DNA from: Isurus oxyrinchus
Lineage: Eukaryota
Assembly (NCBI GenBank): GCA_026770705.1
Contig: JANJGN010000002.1
Span: forward strand, 74,462,001 to 74,526,000
Length of the DNA: 64,000 nt
Direction: 5' to 3'
How positions within the stretch are numbered: position 1 is the stretch's first letter; each line of letters starts with the position of its first letter. A model generated the notes under the pieces. That model did no database searches and was not told the DNA's origin. It was given only the letters and a program-made list of their open reading frames with translations. Positions 46,831-59,936 of this stretch are shown here, piece by piece. The translations under genes and the position numbers were made by a program.

Positions 46831-47839
46831 TAACAGGCTCTTTTCAACCAGTTTACTTTTGACTTTTCTTTATTCCACATATTCACAAGACGGCCAGAAT
46901 AAAAAAGGAGCATAAAAGAGTTTGAGGTTGGGTAAACTGGATTTGGGTATTCCAAACATCACAAAAAGTAGCTTAAGTAATCTTATAAAAATAAACTACA
47001 CTGACGAATAGAAACTGTTTTACACCTCTGAAGGTGCCGCCCTCAATTCAGATTTAAAAAAAAATACAGGCGCATATTTAAGATCGTCAGCCCGTCAATT
47101 TGTAAAGGCATAATCATAGATCTGAAAAGACTTAATTTTCAGGGAGTGCCTCCCATCCCCCACACGGTGACCAAAGCCATCGCTCCTTCCCCAGGTAATG
47201 CCATGACTTTCCGCTACTTTCACTTCTTGCTATCCCCAGAGAAACACGGATTACTTTCCAGGAGTTGATGCTGTTCTTCCCGTCATTAAACGCCATACTT
47301 TTAACTTAGTGGTTGTTGTAGTACTGACGAGGGAGCTTAGCCTCTCGCATTCACCTCAGAAACTCTCCCCAACACAAAGCGGCTCCGACTGCCGCTCAGG
47401 TCTATTCTCGCCTTCTCTCAATTGGGAAATGCTGGCTTTGGTAAAATCAAGCAGATTGTCTGACAAACACATTCCCAAAAGGTTTGAGAAAAAACTCAAT
47501 GTACAGCTTCAGGAGAACAGAAAAATCGGCATGAGACTGCAAAGGAACCCCAGGGTAGCACAAAGGCAGCTTTTAAAAGAAGCGAAGTCGAGCAAGGGTC
47601 TGCAGTAGAAAGTCCGGTGTCAAACTTACCACAGCTGCTGAAAGAAACTTGCCACTAGCTGACTTTCAGGAAAGAAAAACACGATAGCCGTTCTTTTTCT
47701 TCCTTTCATGCAACGGTGGAAAACATGCCTCGTTTAACAATACAGTAAATGGCCCAGTTAATCAGGCAGCTACTTACTGCCCAATCTGACTTCTAACCCG
47801 CACTCGTCAAAACTTCTCTCAAACACTGAGGATACTGCT

Positions 47840-47970
47840 GCCTCGGCACGCGAGCGCACGCCTACATGTTCATTGGTGGCTCTGCTCTATCCATCATGCA
47901 GATCCTCCACTCCCATTTGCTAATTGTCTCCTAATCCCGCCCTTATTGCATCTAACGTCACTTTATATGA
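47840..47970 (-). promoter_or_regulatory. Candidate RNA Pol II promoter
   Basis: On minus: TATAAA 47962-67, TGACGT 47955-60, GGGCGG 47937-42, CCAAT 47872-76, NRF1-like GCGTGCGC 47854-61; local CpG retention; strong donor GTG/GTAAGT at 47630. Confidence 0.55.
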
Positions 47971-48557
47971 GTTCAGAGTTTTCACTGGAGTGAAATGTTA
48001 TTGATATACTTTGATGAGTTTCACGTCAATTGTATCTTCATTTTATTTTGCAAAAACTGGTTCAATCAAACAAATTGGATGCCATCACCACTACTTTCTT
48101 TTGTTTTGTTGTATGGATCTCTCCTGTGTCTCTACCCCACCCTCATTTGCACATGTTTTTGTCTTTTATATTCATGCATTATTTCACTGATGATAAGATA
48201 ACTTTTTTTATCTAACAATTTGCAGGGCATTTAATCAATAAGATACATCATCGTGATTGCAGTATCTTTTGATTTTCTCTCACTCCCCCCATTTCCTTTC
48301 TTCAGGCCCAATGAAGAGTCATACCTATCGCTTCAAAGATCTATCCTGTAACTTCAACATTCACATATATATTTACTGAAATATTATTTCAGATTTAGAC
48401 CCCCATATCCTCTTCATCACAAAGACTCCCTACTTCCACCACCATTAAATCACCTGGCATTACCATTTCTACCACTAAAACACTATCCATGGTTTTGTCA
48501 CTTTCTGCCTTGGCTATTAAAACTCTCTCCGAGTCTACTCTTCATCACCCAGTGTAA

Positions 48558-49530
48558 ACATATGAATATACAAACAAGGTGCAGGAGTAGGCCATTCGGC
48601 CCTTCGAGCCTTCTCCACTATTTAATAAGATCATGGCATATCTGATAGTAACCTCAAATCTGCATCCCGCCTACCCCAATAACCTATCACCCCCTTGCTT
48701 ACCAAGAATCTATCCACCTCTGCCTTAAAAATATTCAAAGACTCTGCTTCCACTGCCTTTTCGGGTAAAGAGTTCCAAAGACTCGCAATCGTGTGAGAGA
48801 AAAAAATTCGCCTCATCCCCGTTTTAAATGAGCAACCCCTTATTTTTAAACAGTGACCCCTAGCTCTAAATTCTCCCACAAGAGGAAATATCCTCTCCAT
48901 GTCCACCCTGTCAAGACCCCTCAGGATCTTATTTGTTTCAATCAAATTGCCTCTTACTCTTCTAAACTCCAGCAGATAGAAACCTGGCCTGTCAACCTTT
49001 CCTCAGAAGGCAACCTGCCCATTCCAGGTATTAGACAGGTAAACCTTTTCTGAACTGCTTCCAAAGTATTTACATCCTTCCTTGAATAAGGTGACTAATA
49101 TTATACAGCATACTCCAGGTGTGGTCTCACTAGTGCTCTGCCTAACTGAAGCATATCCTTCCTACTTTTGCATTCAATTCCTCTCACAATAAATGATAAC
49201 AATCTATGAGCTTTCCTAATTACTAACTGTACCTTCATATGAGCCTTTTGTGATTCATGCCCTAAGACACCCAGATCCCTCTGCACCTCTGAGCTCTGCA
49301 ATCTCTCACCCTTTAGGTAATGTGCTTCTCTTTTATTCTGCCTGCCAAAATGGACAATTTCACATTTTCCCACATTACACTCCATTTACCAGATTTTTGC
49401 ACACTCGCTTGCCTATCTATATCTTTTTGTAGCCTCCTCATGTGCTCTTCACAACTTACTTTCCTACCTATCTTTGTGTCATCAGCAAATTTGGCAACCA
49501 TCCCATCCATCTCTTCATTATATAAATGAT
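48558..49530 (-). mobile_element. CR1 LINE RT/3' end
   Basis: VAKFADDTKIG, MECNVGKCEIVHFG, QRDLGVL, RALVRPHLEY, RARGHCLKIRG. Confidence 0.92.
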
Positions 49531-49549
49531 ATAAATTGATGAGCTAATT

Positions 49550-50542
49550 TGGTTTCTGGTCCTCCAACGCCTCAAATTTGAAATTCTTGTTCCCATGTTT
49601 CAGTTCCTCTATGACCGTGTCCCTGCCTTTCTCTGTAACTCTCCACACCCCAAACTTTCCATTCCTCTGACTCTAACCTGTCATCCATCTCACCATTGGC
49701 AGCCATATTCAGCCATCTAGGCTGCGTGCTCTGGAATTCCTGCCTCTAAACCCCTCCAGTTCTTTCTCTTTTATTTCAGATTTCCAGCATCTACAGTATT
49801 TTGTTTTGTTTTACTTCTTTAAAAACCCTCCATAAAACCCATTTCTTTGGCCATCAGCATCATCATCATCATCAATCTCCCATGACAAGGATGATTCTTC
49901 CTTGGCTGGAAGTAAGATGTTTGTGTTAGCTATGGGTTTGCAAATGGATTATGAGTCATATCTCAGCCTTGCAGGCTCCCCCACAATCAGGACATCGTTT
50001 GTCAGTCAGTGAAGGTGCTGGCTGATTGTTGGCTCCAGCAGCTGCCCTCTCTTTCTGTCTCTCGCACTACTTTTTTTTAAATCAATGGCTGCTCTTGTTG
50101 ATTGGAAGGCCTTGACACCATTTTTGATTGGATTGTTATTTTGGTCGCAACTGGGCATCTGCTTCTCACATGTTGATGAACCGGCCTTCATGGAGACTTT
50201 GAAATTGTCTTTGAAATGTTTCCATTGGCCCTCATGTGAATGGACTCCCCAGTGTAACTCTGAATGGAGCACCTATTTGGGCAGACTTGAATTGGGCATT
50301 CAGGCAACATGGCCCGTCCATCTCAGCTGATGTGAGATTCTTGTGGACTCCATACTTGACACATCTGTGTCTTGAAAGATGCTCATGTTTGTTCTTTTGC
50401 CTTCTAAAGGAAGAAATATTTCTTTGACCAAGCTGTAGGTTAACACTTCTACTATCGTCTTCTTTCATTTGATATTTCCTTTTTCCTCTGTGAAACAACT
50501 TGTGCCTAATCTTGCAATAAAGGCACTATATAAATGCAATTA
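49550..50542 (+). mobile_element. L2 3' fragment interrupted by a PLE tail (49767-49812) and an RTE element
   Basis: RLKFEILVPMF-like coding, ctctggaattcc, tail aaaggcactatataaatgcaa. Confidence 0.65.
49856..50345 (-). mobile_element. RTE/BovB-like LINE 3' end
   Basis: LHSELHWGVHSHEGQWKHFKDNFKVSMK..GVKAFQSTR..RDRKR; (GAT)n tail. Confidence 0.8.
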
Positions 50543-50869
50543 TTTTTGTTCCAGTATTTTCAGTTTTTTCTTTACATCCCTATACTTACAGTTTGATTTT
50601 AACTCGCAATGACACCTAAAATGTTTAAGGGTTTATTGGTGCTTTCACAATCATGCAAACACTGAATGGAAGAGAAAATCTTGGCTCATTGCCAGTCATA
50701 AAAATACAAGGAAAGTGGAGGCATTGTACTTAGAAGTTGAGGGGAAATGAAAGGGACTTCTACCTAAGAATGTGTGTGGCACAATAATGAAATAAATTGT
50801 GCAGTTGAAGCAAATTAACTTTAAATGTTGGTCATTTATTTTGTAATTAGGTAGTATAGTACCATTTGA

Positions 50870-51700
50870 CAAATGAGGTGCCCACAGAAAATCACCACCT
50901 TTTGCAGGCAGATCTGAAAGCTCAATGCAGGCAGGGCAAGAATGGTGCTGCCAATGGCTGCAAAAGTGACATGGCCAAGTTTCTTTGTATCGAGTGCCTT
51001 CCAGGCTGGAGCAGGTGACATCTGTAACATCTCCTGGTTTGCCAGCCATTGCTGCATGAGAAAGGTGACAGACACTCTGTATGCCAGGAGAGGGGATATA
51101 TTGTGTTTCCTGGCAAGGAGCAGGCAGAGAATCTCATGTGGCTATTGCCAGGATAGTGAGCCTCCACATTTAGCAGACTGCCATTGACTGCACACACGTG
51201 GCTTTGCAGGTGCTACAACTAAATGTTAAGATGCACTGCAAAAGCAAAGGTTACAATTCACTGAATGTGCAGTCAGTACATTCAGCATATTAGTGAATGC
51301 CTAATATCCTAGCAGCAGCCATGATACAATTATTCTGTGTTAACCCATTGTTCATTCATTATTTGAGCCATCACATCAAATCAGAGGGTGGCTGTTGGCC
51401 AAAGAGGGCTACTCGCTCAACACCTGGCTCATGACTCTGCAGTGCAACCCAACCACATGTGACCAGCATACGTATGATGACAGCCATGCTGCAGCACAAA
51501 ACATCATAGACAGACCATTGGTCAGCTAGCAACAGTTCCACTGCTTAGACTGCACAGGAGGAGCCCTGCAGTACTCGCTGGAACGTGGCTCCAGATTTGT
51601 CCTGGTCTGCTGTGTCCTGCATAACCTTGCCGTCATTATGGCACAGTTCTTGACATCAGGGATACAGTGAACAGCTGAGGAGCAGGAGGGGTAGAAGGAA
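50870..51700 (+). pseudogene. Harbinger (HARBI1-like) transposase, frameshifted
   Basis: LPMAAKVT..FQAGAGDICNIS, AIDCTHVAL, KGYNSLNVQ, SSHD, WLLAKEGYSLNTWLMT, CLDCTGGALQYS..CCVLHNLA. Confidence 0.88.
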
Positions 51701-51707
51701 GAGTCAA

Positions 51708-52362
51708 AGAGTCATAACAGCACAGAAGGAGGCCATTCATCCCATTAAGTCCATGCTGTGTAGGGCAACATAAACAGTCCCAGTCCCCAGCTCTGTCGCC
51801 ATGACTTTGCAAGTTATTTCCTTCAATTGTCCACCAATTTTCCTTTTGAAATCATTTATCATCTTTGCTTCCACCAATTACATAGGAAGGAAGTTCCAGG
51901 TCATTACCACTTAAAGTGTAAAAGAGTTCTTCCCTAGATCCCCCTCTAGCTCTAGCCCAAAACCTTAACTCTGTGTCCCATAGTCCTTCTACCAGTAGGT
52001 AATGGGAACAGCATCTCTTCAGCTACCTTTTCTAAGCTTGTCATAATCTTGTACACCACTATCAAATCTCCTCTCAAACTCATTTGTTCCAAGGAGAAAC
52101 CTAACCTAACCTTTTAATTAAAGTTCCTCATCCCTAGTATCATTTTGATAAATTTCCTCTGCATCCTTCCAGAATTGGATGCAAAATGCCAGTTGTGGCC
52201 TAACCAGAGCTTTATAAAGATTCAGCAATAACTTCCTTGCTTTGGTATTAAATATCTCTATTTATGAAGCGCAGGATTCCATATATTTTGCTAATTACAC
52301 TTTCAATATCTCCAGCCACTCTCAAAGATCTATGCACATGAACCCCCAGTGCCCTCTGTCCC
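51708..52362 (-). mobile_element. CR1 LINE 3' fragment
   Basis: CR1 3' UTR and degraded RT end. Confidence 0.8.
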
Positions 52363-52464
52363 TGCGAGGTCTTTCCGTACCTGGTTTTCTGGCATTGGCT
52401 GTGATTCATTCATTGTGCACCAGTTACCTGTGCCTCTTCTTTTTGAATCAGGCCATCAATTCAC

Positions 52465-52655
52465 AGGCTACTGAGTGACAAGAGGCACAGGAACAGTTTC
52501 AGAGCTGGTGTACAACAAGAGCCACAACTGAGCTGACCATTAGTGTGCTTAAGCAACACATCTGCTGCCTGGACCATTTGAGAAGGGTTCTACTGTACAT
52601 TAAAGACTGTTATCCAGATTTGTGTGCTTATGCTTCATGCTGCACAACTATGTGC
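52465..52655 (+). pseudogene. Harbinger transposase C-terminal fragment
   Basis: LLSDK, YNKSH, TELTISVLKQHICCLDH, CFMLHNY. Confidence 0.7.
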
Positions 52656-52978
52656 CACTGAATGGTATCCTTAGGAAACCATTGAAGGATTGGGTTTCAG
52701 GCTTTCCCAAAATATCACTGAATCTCACGGACAAGTCAATGTGCCAGGATCCGGCACTGTGGGCAAGGAGCTGAGAGTTTGCTCATTATAACTTCAGTAA
52801 CTGATGTGCTAGTACGAAGCCTTTATCCTCAGGGGCAGTCACATCTTTCAATTTTGTGTGATAAAGGTCTGCTCTCCTTGGTCTTCCATGGGGTAGAGGA
52901 TGCAGAGTTCTGGTGGAGGCTGGCAGAGGTGGACACACATTCAGAGGAGGCATTGGTTTGCAGCAGATGGACTGCTGG

Positions 52979-54760
52979 TCAGGAAGATGTCTCATTACTG
53001 CGCAAACCATTTAAAGATGAGGTTGTCTCCGACAGCCCTGACACTTCTCTCCATGTCCCTGGCATCTTGGAAAGGTGCTGCATTATCTCTAGCTTCTTCT
53101 TCATATTCCTCTCCGTCATCCTATCTGAGGAGGAGAGCAGATCCTCCATGTTGTCGCATGGCAATTCCTCTCCTGTTGCAATGCTACTTTGAGCAATCTT
53201 GGATACCCTTTGTGATGTGTATTGCAATGCTCTGCCTGAGTGGTCAAGGCATCAGAAATATATTTTTCAACACCCCTATGGTCTGCTCGATGATTCCTCT
53301 GGTTGATCCATGTGATGCATTGTGATGCTCCTCTGCAGGACTGTGGGGATGATACACTGGTGTCATGAGCTTCGTCCTAAGGGGATAGCCCTTGTCACCC
53401 AGGATCCAACATGGCACTTGCCTCAAATAGGGCATGGGAGCTGCGTGAGATGTAGGAGTCATGAGAATTCCCTGGGAAACGAGCACAGACCTGCATAATT
53501 TTTTTCCTGTAGTCGCAGAATAGTTGAACGTTAAGTGAGTGAAATCCCTTCCAATTGACAAATGTATCTGGCTGTTCCCAGGGATCTCTACTGCTCATGA
53601 GAGTGCAGTCAATTATATCCTGTGCCGCGGGAGCAGCAAAATGACCCAGAAGCCAACTGCTGTTGCAGCCCAGATATCAGCATCAATTGTGAACTGAATG
53701 AATTAATTGGCCCTTCTGAACAGGACATTGGTCACCCTGCCTGAGGCGTCTATGTGTTGCAGCCACACATATCTGCAGTAGACCCCGGAATGATCCACTT
53801 GCGTAGAAATTCAGCGAGCGCAGTCAATTTGAGGGCAACTGGCATCACGTTCTCAGCAAAATTGTGGGGCTGCAGGCCTTGTTTAAGAGTGCACGCATGA
53901 CTACCTCCTTGGAAAGCCGTAGCCATCTCTGGCATTGCCTCTCAGTCATTTGAAGGTAGTTAGGGCTGAATTCTCTGGTCAGCGAGTGGAGGCGGATGGG
54001 TGTCCTGTCGTCACCACATGTCATTTAGATTTCCAGTGCGGCAGGCGTGCAGCCGACTTGGCTGCGCACCCACTGAACTTTCAAAGGCCTATTAAGGGCT
54101 GTTAAAAATTAATTTAAGCAATTAAATGAGCTGCCCGTCCAACCTTAAGATTGTCGGGCAGGTGAAGAGACCAGGCGGCCTTCACATTTTTCATGAATCC
54201 CCATCCACGGGCAGGATGAGGTTTCATGAATTGTTTTAAGATTTAATAAAAATTTTTAAATAATTCTTTGGTGTGTCCCAGCTCATTTGACAGTGTGACA
54301 TGAGGGGGCATGTTTTAAGTTTTTAAATTACTTTATTTCAGTTTCTAATTATCAAACTGATCTCCCTGAGGCATCTCTGTGCATCAGGGAGATTTCTGTG
54401 CTCTTTTGCGTGCATGTGAAAGAGCTCCAGCCCTGACTCAGGGACCCCCTTCCACCTGCACAGGGAGCGCTCAGCGCTTCCAGGCGAGCGTCATATTGGG
54501 TGGTCCTTAATTGGTCTGCTCACATAAAATGACGGTGCGGCCCCAATCAGGGGCGCCGATCGGGTTCTCGCCCACCCCCACCCCCTCCCGCCCCCACACA
54601 ACCCCCCTGACGGAGGGAACCTGTTTCCCTTGGTGCACATTTTGAACACACACTCGTGCTCCAATGCTCATTGCCAACAATGACCACCCCACCCTGGTTG
54701 CCTTCCTCCTGACTTCCCTCCCCTTCAGCTAGTACTGGCTGATAGCCTTGTGCCAGTGTA
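52979..54760 (-). pseudogene. Harbinger transposase of element D (right terminus at 55045), split by a MITE
   Basis: [76 protein letters not shown]. Confidence 0.9.
53963..54629. mobile_element. Harbinger-type MITE, same family as 59270-59936
   Basis: Starts gggctgaattctc; internal homology (gtccaacc, catccacggg.(a/g)ggatgaggtttc, ctccctgaggca); imperfect TSD tta/ttg. Confidence 0.8.
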
Positions 54761-55088
54761 TTATTTGGCCATTGCCTTCCCCTGGTGAATTCTGTCCTCC
54801 ACCGTCGTGGTTGCAAAAAAATTAGGTGTGTGTAACCCATAGCAAATCCACAAAGTGAACTGTGTCAAAAAGACAGGCATAGATATGTGCACCTCTGTGA
54901 CATGGTCGTCACCCATATAGCAGCTGCAGTTGACCAATGGGAATGCATGACCCTCCCACTGATCACAACCAGAACTTCTCCCAACCCACAGTCACCCACC
55001 CTTCCCCTTGATACCAGCTCCCAGAGACCCCATTAAATTCTGCCCATAAAGTATAAAAGCAAGGAAGTTATGATGAACCTTAATAAAA

Positions 55089-55800
55089 GCAGAGACCTGG
55101 GTGTATATGTACATAATTCATTAAAGGTAGCAGGACAGGTAGCGAGAGCTGTTTCTAAAGCATACAGTATTCTAGGCTTCAATAATAGAAGCATAGAGCA
55201 TAAGAGCAGGGAGGTTATGATGAACTTATATAGGTCGCTGGTTAGACCTCAGCTGGAGTATTTTGTACAGTTCTGGGTGCCACACTATGGGAAGGATGTG
55301 AACGCTTTAGAGAGAGTGCAGAAGAGGTTTATGAGAATGACTCCAGGGATGAGACACTTCAGTTATGAGGAAAGATTGGAGAAATTGGGACTGTTTTCCT
55401 TGGAGAGGAGAAGGCTAAGAGGAGACTTAATAGAAATTTTCAAAATCTTGAGGGACCTGGACAGAGTAGATAGGAAGAATCTGTTCCCGCTCGTAAGCAG
55501 ATTGAGAACCAGAGGGCACAGTTTTAAAGTGTTTTACAAAAGAAGCAAAGGTGAGGTGAGAAAAAACTTTTTTACACAGTGAGTAGTTAGGGTTTAGAAT
55601 GCACTGCCTGGAAGTGTGGTGGAGGCAGATTCAATTGAAGCATTCAAGAGGGCATTGGATGATTATTTAAATAGAAACAACGTGCAGGGTTACAGGGAAA
55701 AGGCAGGAGATTGGCACTAAGTTAAAATGCTCAGAGAACTGGTGCAGACACGATGGGTTGAATGGCCTCCTTCTACACTGTAACAATTCTGTGATTCTGT
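55089..55800 (+). mobile_element. Younger CR1 3' end nested in an older CR1 (55046-55088 and 55801-56362)
   Basis: Open frame RDLGVYVH..LVRPQLEYFVQFW..LERRRLRGDLIE..; terminal (ATTCTGTG)2 repeat; older copy resumes colinearly. Confidence 0.9.
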
Positions 55801-56399
55801 GAAAATATTGGTTTAGCTTCAACCTAAGTATTACATCCAATTCAGAGCATCTCACTTTAAGAAGGATGTGAAGGCTTTAGAAAGGCTGCAGAAAAGATTT
55901 ACAAGTATGGTTCCAGGGATAATGAACATCAGTTAAATGGATAGATTGGAGCATCAGGAGCTCTTCTCCTTGGAGAAGAGGAGATTGAAACAAGATTTGA
56001 TGGAGGTATTCGAAATCATGGGGGGTTTAGGCACACTAAATAGTGAAAAATTATTTTCATTGAGGAATAGTTGAGAACCAGATGACATATGGTGAATGGG
56101 AAAAGAACCAATGGGAACATGAGGAAAAACTTTTTTATTTAGCACATGATTAGGATCTGGAATGCAATGGCTGAGAGTATAGTGGTGGTAGACTTAATCA
56201 TCACTTTCAAAAGGATATTGGACAAATACCTGAAAAGATAAACAATAGCAGGGCTATGGGGAAAGGGCAGGGGAGTGGGGCTAGCTGATTTGCTCTTGCA
56301 GAGGGTCAGCACAAACACAATAGGCTGAATGGCCTGACTTTGATATGTAACAATTCTATGACTCCAAGATTCAGCTGCCCATACTGTCAGTGATTAAAC

Positions 56400-57200
56400 T
56401 ATGATAGGCACATCACCCAAACACATTGCACCACACTGATTGGTACACTTCCATTTCTCTTGCAAGACTAAGGGCACAAAACTGTATCAGTGGAGGGGAG
56501 ACATGGCTGCATAGCCATCTTTGCCACTACTGAGATCGTGGCCTGTTATGAAGCTGAAAACTCACTCCTCACCTCCCACTTCTCCCACTTCCACAATATC
56601 TTCTGACATACAAACTGCGGGTGGTCTAAGCATGCACCTCTTGATTCCTCCCTGCCTCCTTCACCACAACTCTACCCTTGTACCTTTCTCCTTTCAGATA
56701 AGCAAGAACTGCAATCTGGTTAAGCATTGGTGCAGGAGCATGAAGTGCATGAGGAGAAGGATACTGATAATGAAGAAATACCATCACTTGATCTGACACT
56801 CACAACCATCAGCTCAGATGCCAGCACAGCAAGAATTCTAGAGGAAGCAAAGAGGCGGGATCAGCATGTGGTGATTTATGCACACAAGAGACCTGCAGTC
56901 AATGCAGGGAAAAGAGTAGCATGGGTACCAGCTCCCAAGATAAGGTTGGACTTGAGTTCAGCTGCAGGTGGCTCAGGTAAGGACTTTGATGGGGTGGCGT
57001 ATAGAGAAAGGTTGATGAGTCTGCACAATGAGATGCTTGGTGCATTGGGAGGCCTGCCAGAAGAAAATGGAGGAGCCTGGCACCAGCCTGCCACAGGTCA
57101 CTGCACAGAACTGGAGCCCATCCTTTCTGGCATGTCAATGGTGGCCAACACCATCACAGCACCTGCAGACCTATCATGCTGCAATGTCTAATGCTGATGC
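56400..57200 (+). pseudogene. Degraded accessory (Myb/SANT-type) gene exons of another Harbinger family
   Basis: Acceptor ctcctttcag, then EEIPSLDLTLTTISSDASTARILE..RLMSLHNEMLGALGGLPE, similar in layout to exon 3 of elements A-C; probable terminus near 58697. Confidence 0.5.
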
Positions 57201-57304
57201 CTCAGCTTCTGTTGTTGCCCATTCACTTGCCAATTTTCTGCCTTCTATTTCCAACTTTGCTCCACACCCTTCTCAATCTGAACTCAGGGTCCCACCTTCC
57301 AAGC

Positions 57305-57715
57305 TAATGTAAACCCTCCCAAACAGCACTAGCAAACCTTTACACAACATTCTTGGCCCTGTTGAGGTGCAATCAGACCTCCCCCAGAACCAGTCCCAGC
57401 AATCTAGGCCCTTCTGTCCTGCACAATCTATGCAGCTATGCTTTCACCTGCACTATCCTTCTAGTTCTATACTCACTAGTGCATGGCACTGTGTGTAATA
57501 CACTACTACCTTAGAGGTCCTGCTTATTAATTTATTTTCTAGCTACTAAAATCCTTCTTTAGGACTTCATCACTTACATCCTGAAACATGCTAACCACAT
57601 AGTTCTCAATCTTGTGGATGCACCTCAGTGATATCAGCAGCTGTTCAAGCTTCAAAACCTGGAGCTCGAACTCCTCCACCTGACTCTTCCTGTGTGTGCA
57701 CTCAAAGGTACTGAG
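57305..57715 (-). mobile_element. CR1 ORF1 fragment
   Basis: VEEFELQVLKLEQLLISLRCIHKIENYVVSMFQDV, homologous to 38350-38465. Confidence 0.7.
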
Positions 57716-59269
57716 GTGGTATGCCATTTATTAGACTACTATCAAAACTTACCAGAAATAAACTTAAGGCTTGTCCCTGAAATGCCTAAAAAGACAGCTA
57801 CTGACCAATTATTTCCTGATATAATTTTGCGTGATTTCTACCTCTCCTTTTGTGCTCCTAACCTCTGGCCTCTTCAGATTAAGTAAGGCCTATCACAGGG
57901 ACCTGCTCTTTATAACCCTCCCATTGCTATGCTGCTCGGCCACCAAACTCTCATAGGTCTGTGCTCTCTTCTGTGTTCCCTCTAATTTTTTTTGTTGATA
58001 GCAACCTCTTCATTTCAATGTATGGTACCTTAATTTTTTTCGCGCAACCATAATCTTAAAAGGATCAACTTGCAAGCAGCCTGCATGGTATCTTCCAGGT
58101 TGCTGCACATCCACTGAAATGCACACCTTGGCGGGAACAATATCATTACCTTGGGGCTTTGCAATTTATTTCTTAGCAACTTACCTCTGAAAGGCTAAGA
58201 TACACTTTTACTGACTCTCTGCTCTCAATAACTCTCACCGGTCTCAGTGTCACCATTCCCCTTTGACTTCATCAACTTTAAATAACTCTGTAACCCACTA
58301 AACACTTCGACAGACTCGGATAGAGCCCGTAGAAATTAATTAGCAAATCACCTGAGAGGATTAAGATCCCTTTAAATAGTGCCTCTTTGGGGTTCTTCCT
58401 GTTGCTGAAGGCATGTTCAGCTAAGCGTATTTAAGACAGGGTGTTAGCTGGAGCAATAAGGTCTAAAATGGCAATTCTTGCATCACATCAGCATTACACA
58501 CAGACTGACTTCACAATCTGTCTGCTCTGCATATTTTTGACCCATGATCCTAATGTCCACACTACTGATTTCCCAAAAATTGTGTCTGCTGCATGCCACA
58601 TGGGAAATTTGTGCATGAAATGCAAGCGCCATTTTGGAATCAAAACAACACCCATAGCACTGAAACTACAGGCGCTACAATGATAAATTTTGTGGCCAAA
58701 GTATTTGACTGTGTAAAATGCTAATTATAAGCACTTTGTCTATCATATAATTTTCCAGCTCCACCCCATTTTTCCACCAAATAAGAAATTACACCGTTTA
58801 AAAAAAAGCGGTAGGATTCCTGTTTTCCTTAGTGTTCTACTATCAAAATTACAGAAACACGATTACTTCTGTGGGTTATTCATTAGAGAGAAAAATTCTT
58901 ACATTTCTTCTTAAAGGAGCAAGTTCATCCAGAAAATATTAACTGGTGAAATTTGAATTATTTTAAACATTTTAGATTTTTTTGCTTCCTGCTGCCATTG
59001 GTACCATGCTACCAAGTTTCAAAATAAATTACCAACATATTTAGTTAATTTGTTTAAACTGCATGTTTTATTTCATTATTGTGACACACTCACTCTTAGG
59101 TAGAAGTCCCTGTAATTTCCTTTCAACTTTTAAGCACTTCGCCTGCAAATTTCCTTGTATTTTTATAGGCTGAATGTTCTGTGACTGCTGGCATTAGGCG
59201 TGTTTGGCGGCTTGAGCAGACAATGTGGCGAGAAGGCGAAAAATCAATTTCATGGTTTTGTGAAACCAG

Positions 59270-59936
59270 GGGCATGATTTTCAGCTCAGCGTGCGGGCGC
59301 ATGCCTGACAAGTACGAGTGTGAAATAGCGCGTGATGGCATCTGGTGAGCTTCCTAACATCATCGCACATTCGTGCGATATTTCGGTCGGCGGGCGCGCA
59401 TAAGTGTCAGCAATTGACAATTAAGAGGGCTATTAAGGCCCTTAAGCTGGTAAGTAATTTGAATTTTTCACTGCCTGTCCAACCATATGGTTGGTGGGCA
59501 TGCGAATAGGCCAGGTGGCCTTCGCATTTTTTGCGAAACCTCATCCACGGGTGGGATGAGGTTTCCATAATTGAATAAGAAAAAATGTTTGGGTGGATTT
59601 TAACAATCACCATGTAAAGGTCCATGAGTCCATACTGCGGGCATTTTTTCCGGATTTTTAACATCTTGAATTTTGTTTTTAAAAATCTTCAGCTCCCTGA
59701 GGCAGCTCTGTGCCTTCAGGGAGCTTTCAGTGAGCGCACCCCAGTGCGTGGCAGACTTCGGCGCTCTCACTCCTCCTGCCTCCACCCCTGCAGTGCTGAG
59801 GCTCTCAGTGTGCGTTTCATGCTGGCAGGCCATTAATTGGCCAGCCATCATAAAATCATGGTAGGGTGGCAGACCATCTAGCGGCCGCTCCCAGGTCGAC
59901 CCGCTGCGCCTGCTCCACGAGGGGAAAATCCTTCCC
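59270..59936. mobile_element. Harbinger-type MITE with TSD CAG nested in element C
   Basis: TIRs GGGCATGATTTTC / GGGAAGGATTTTC(rc); cag at 59267-69 and 59937-39; empty site gtgaaaccagtttgcaattg present in element B. Confidence 0.93.

Larger units (their letters stand above)
12942..47840 (-). ncRNA. Candidate spliced non-coding transcript (or long 5' UTR); possible exons ~47840-47630, 46491-46173, 36251-35752, 35523-35351, 17590-17239, terminal exon from 12942
   Basis: Canonical polypyrimidine-AG and GT signals in unique sequence, all on minus; no continuous reading frame found. Confidence 0.3.

Noticed and set aside
50870-54760. Domesticated host HARBI1 gene
   Set aside because: Multiple frameshifted, mutually divergent copies with TIRs and nested insertions indicate dead transposons.
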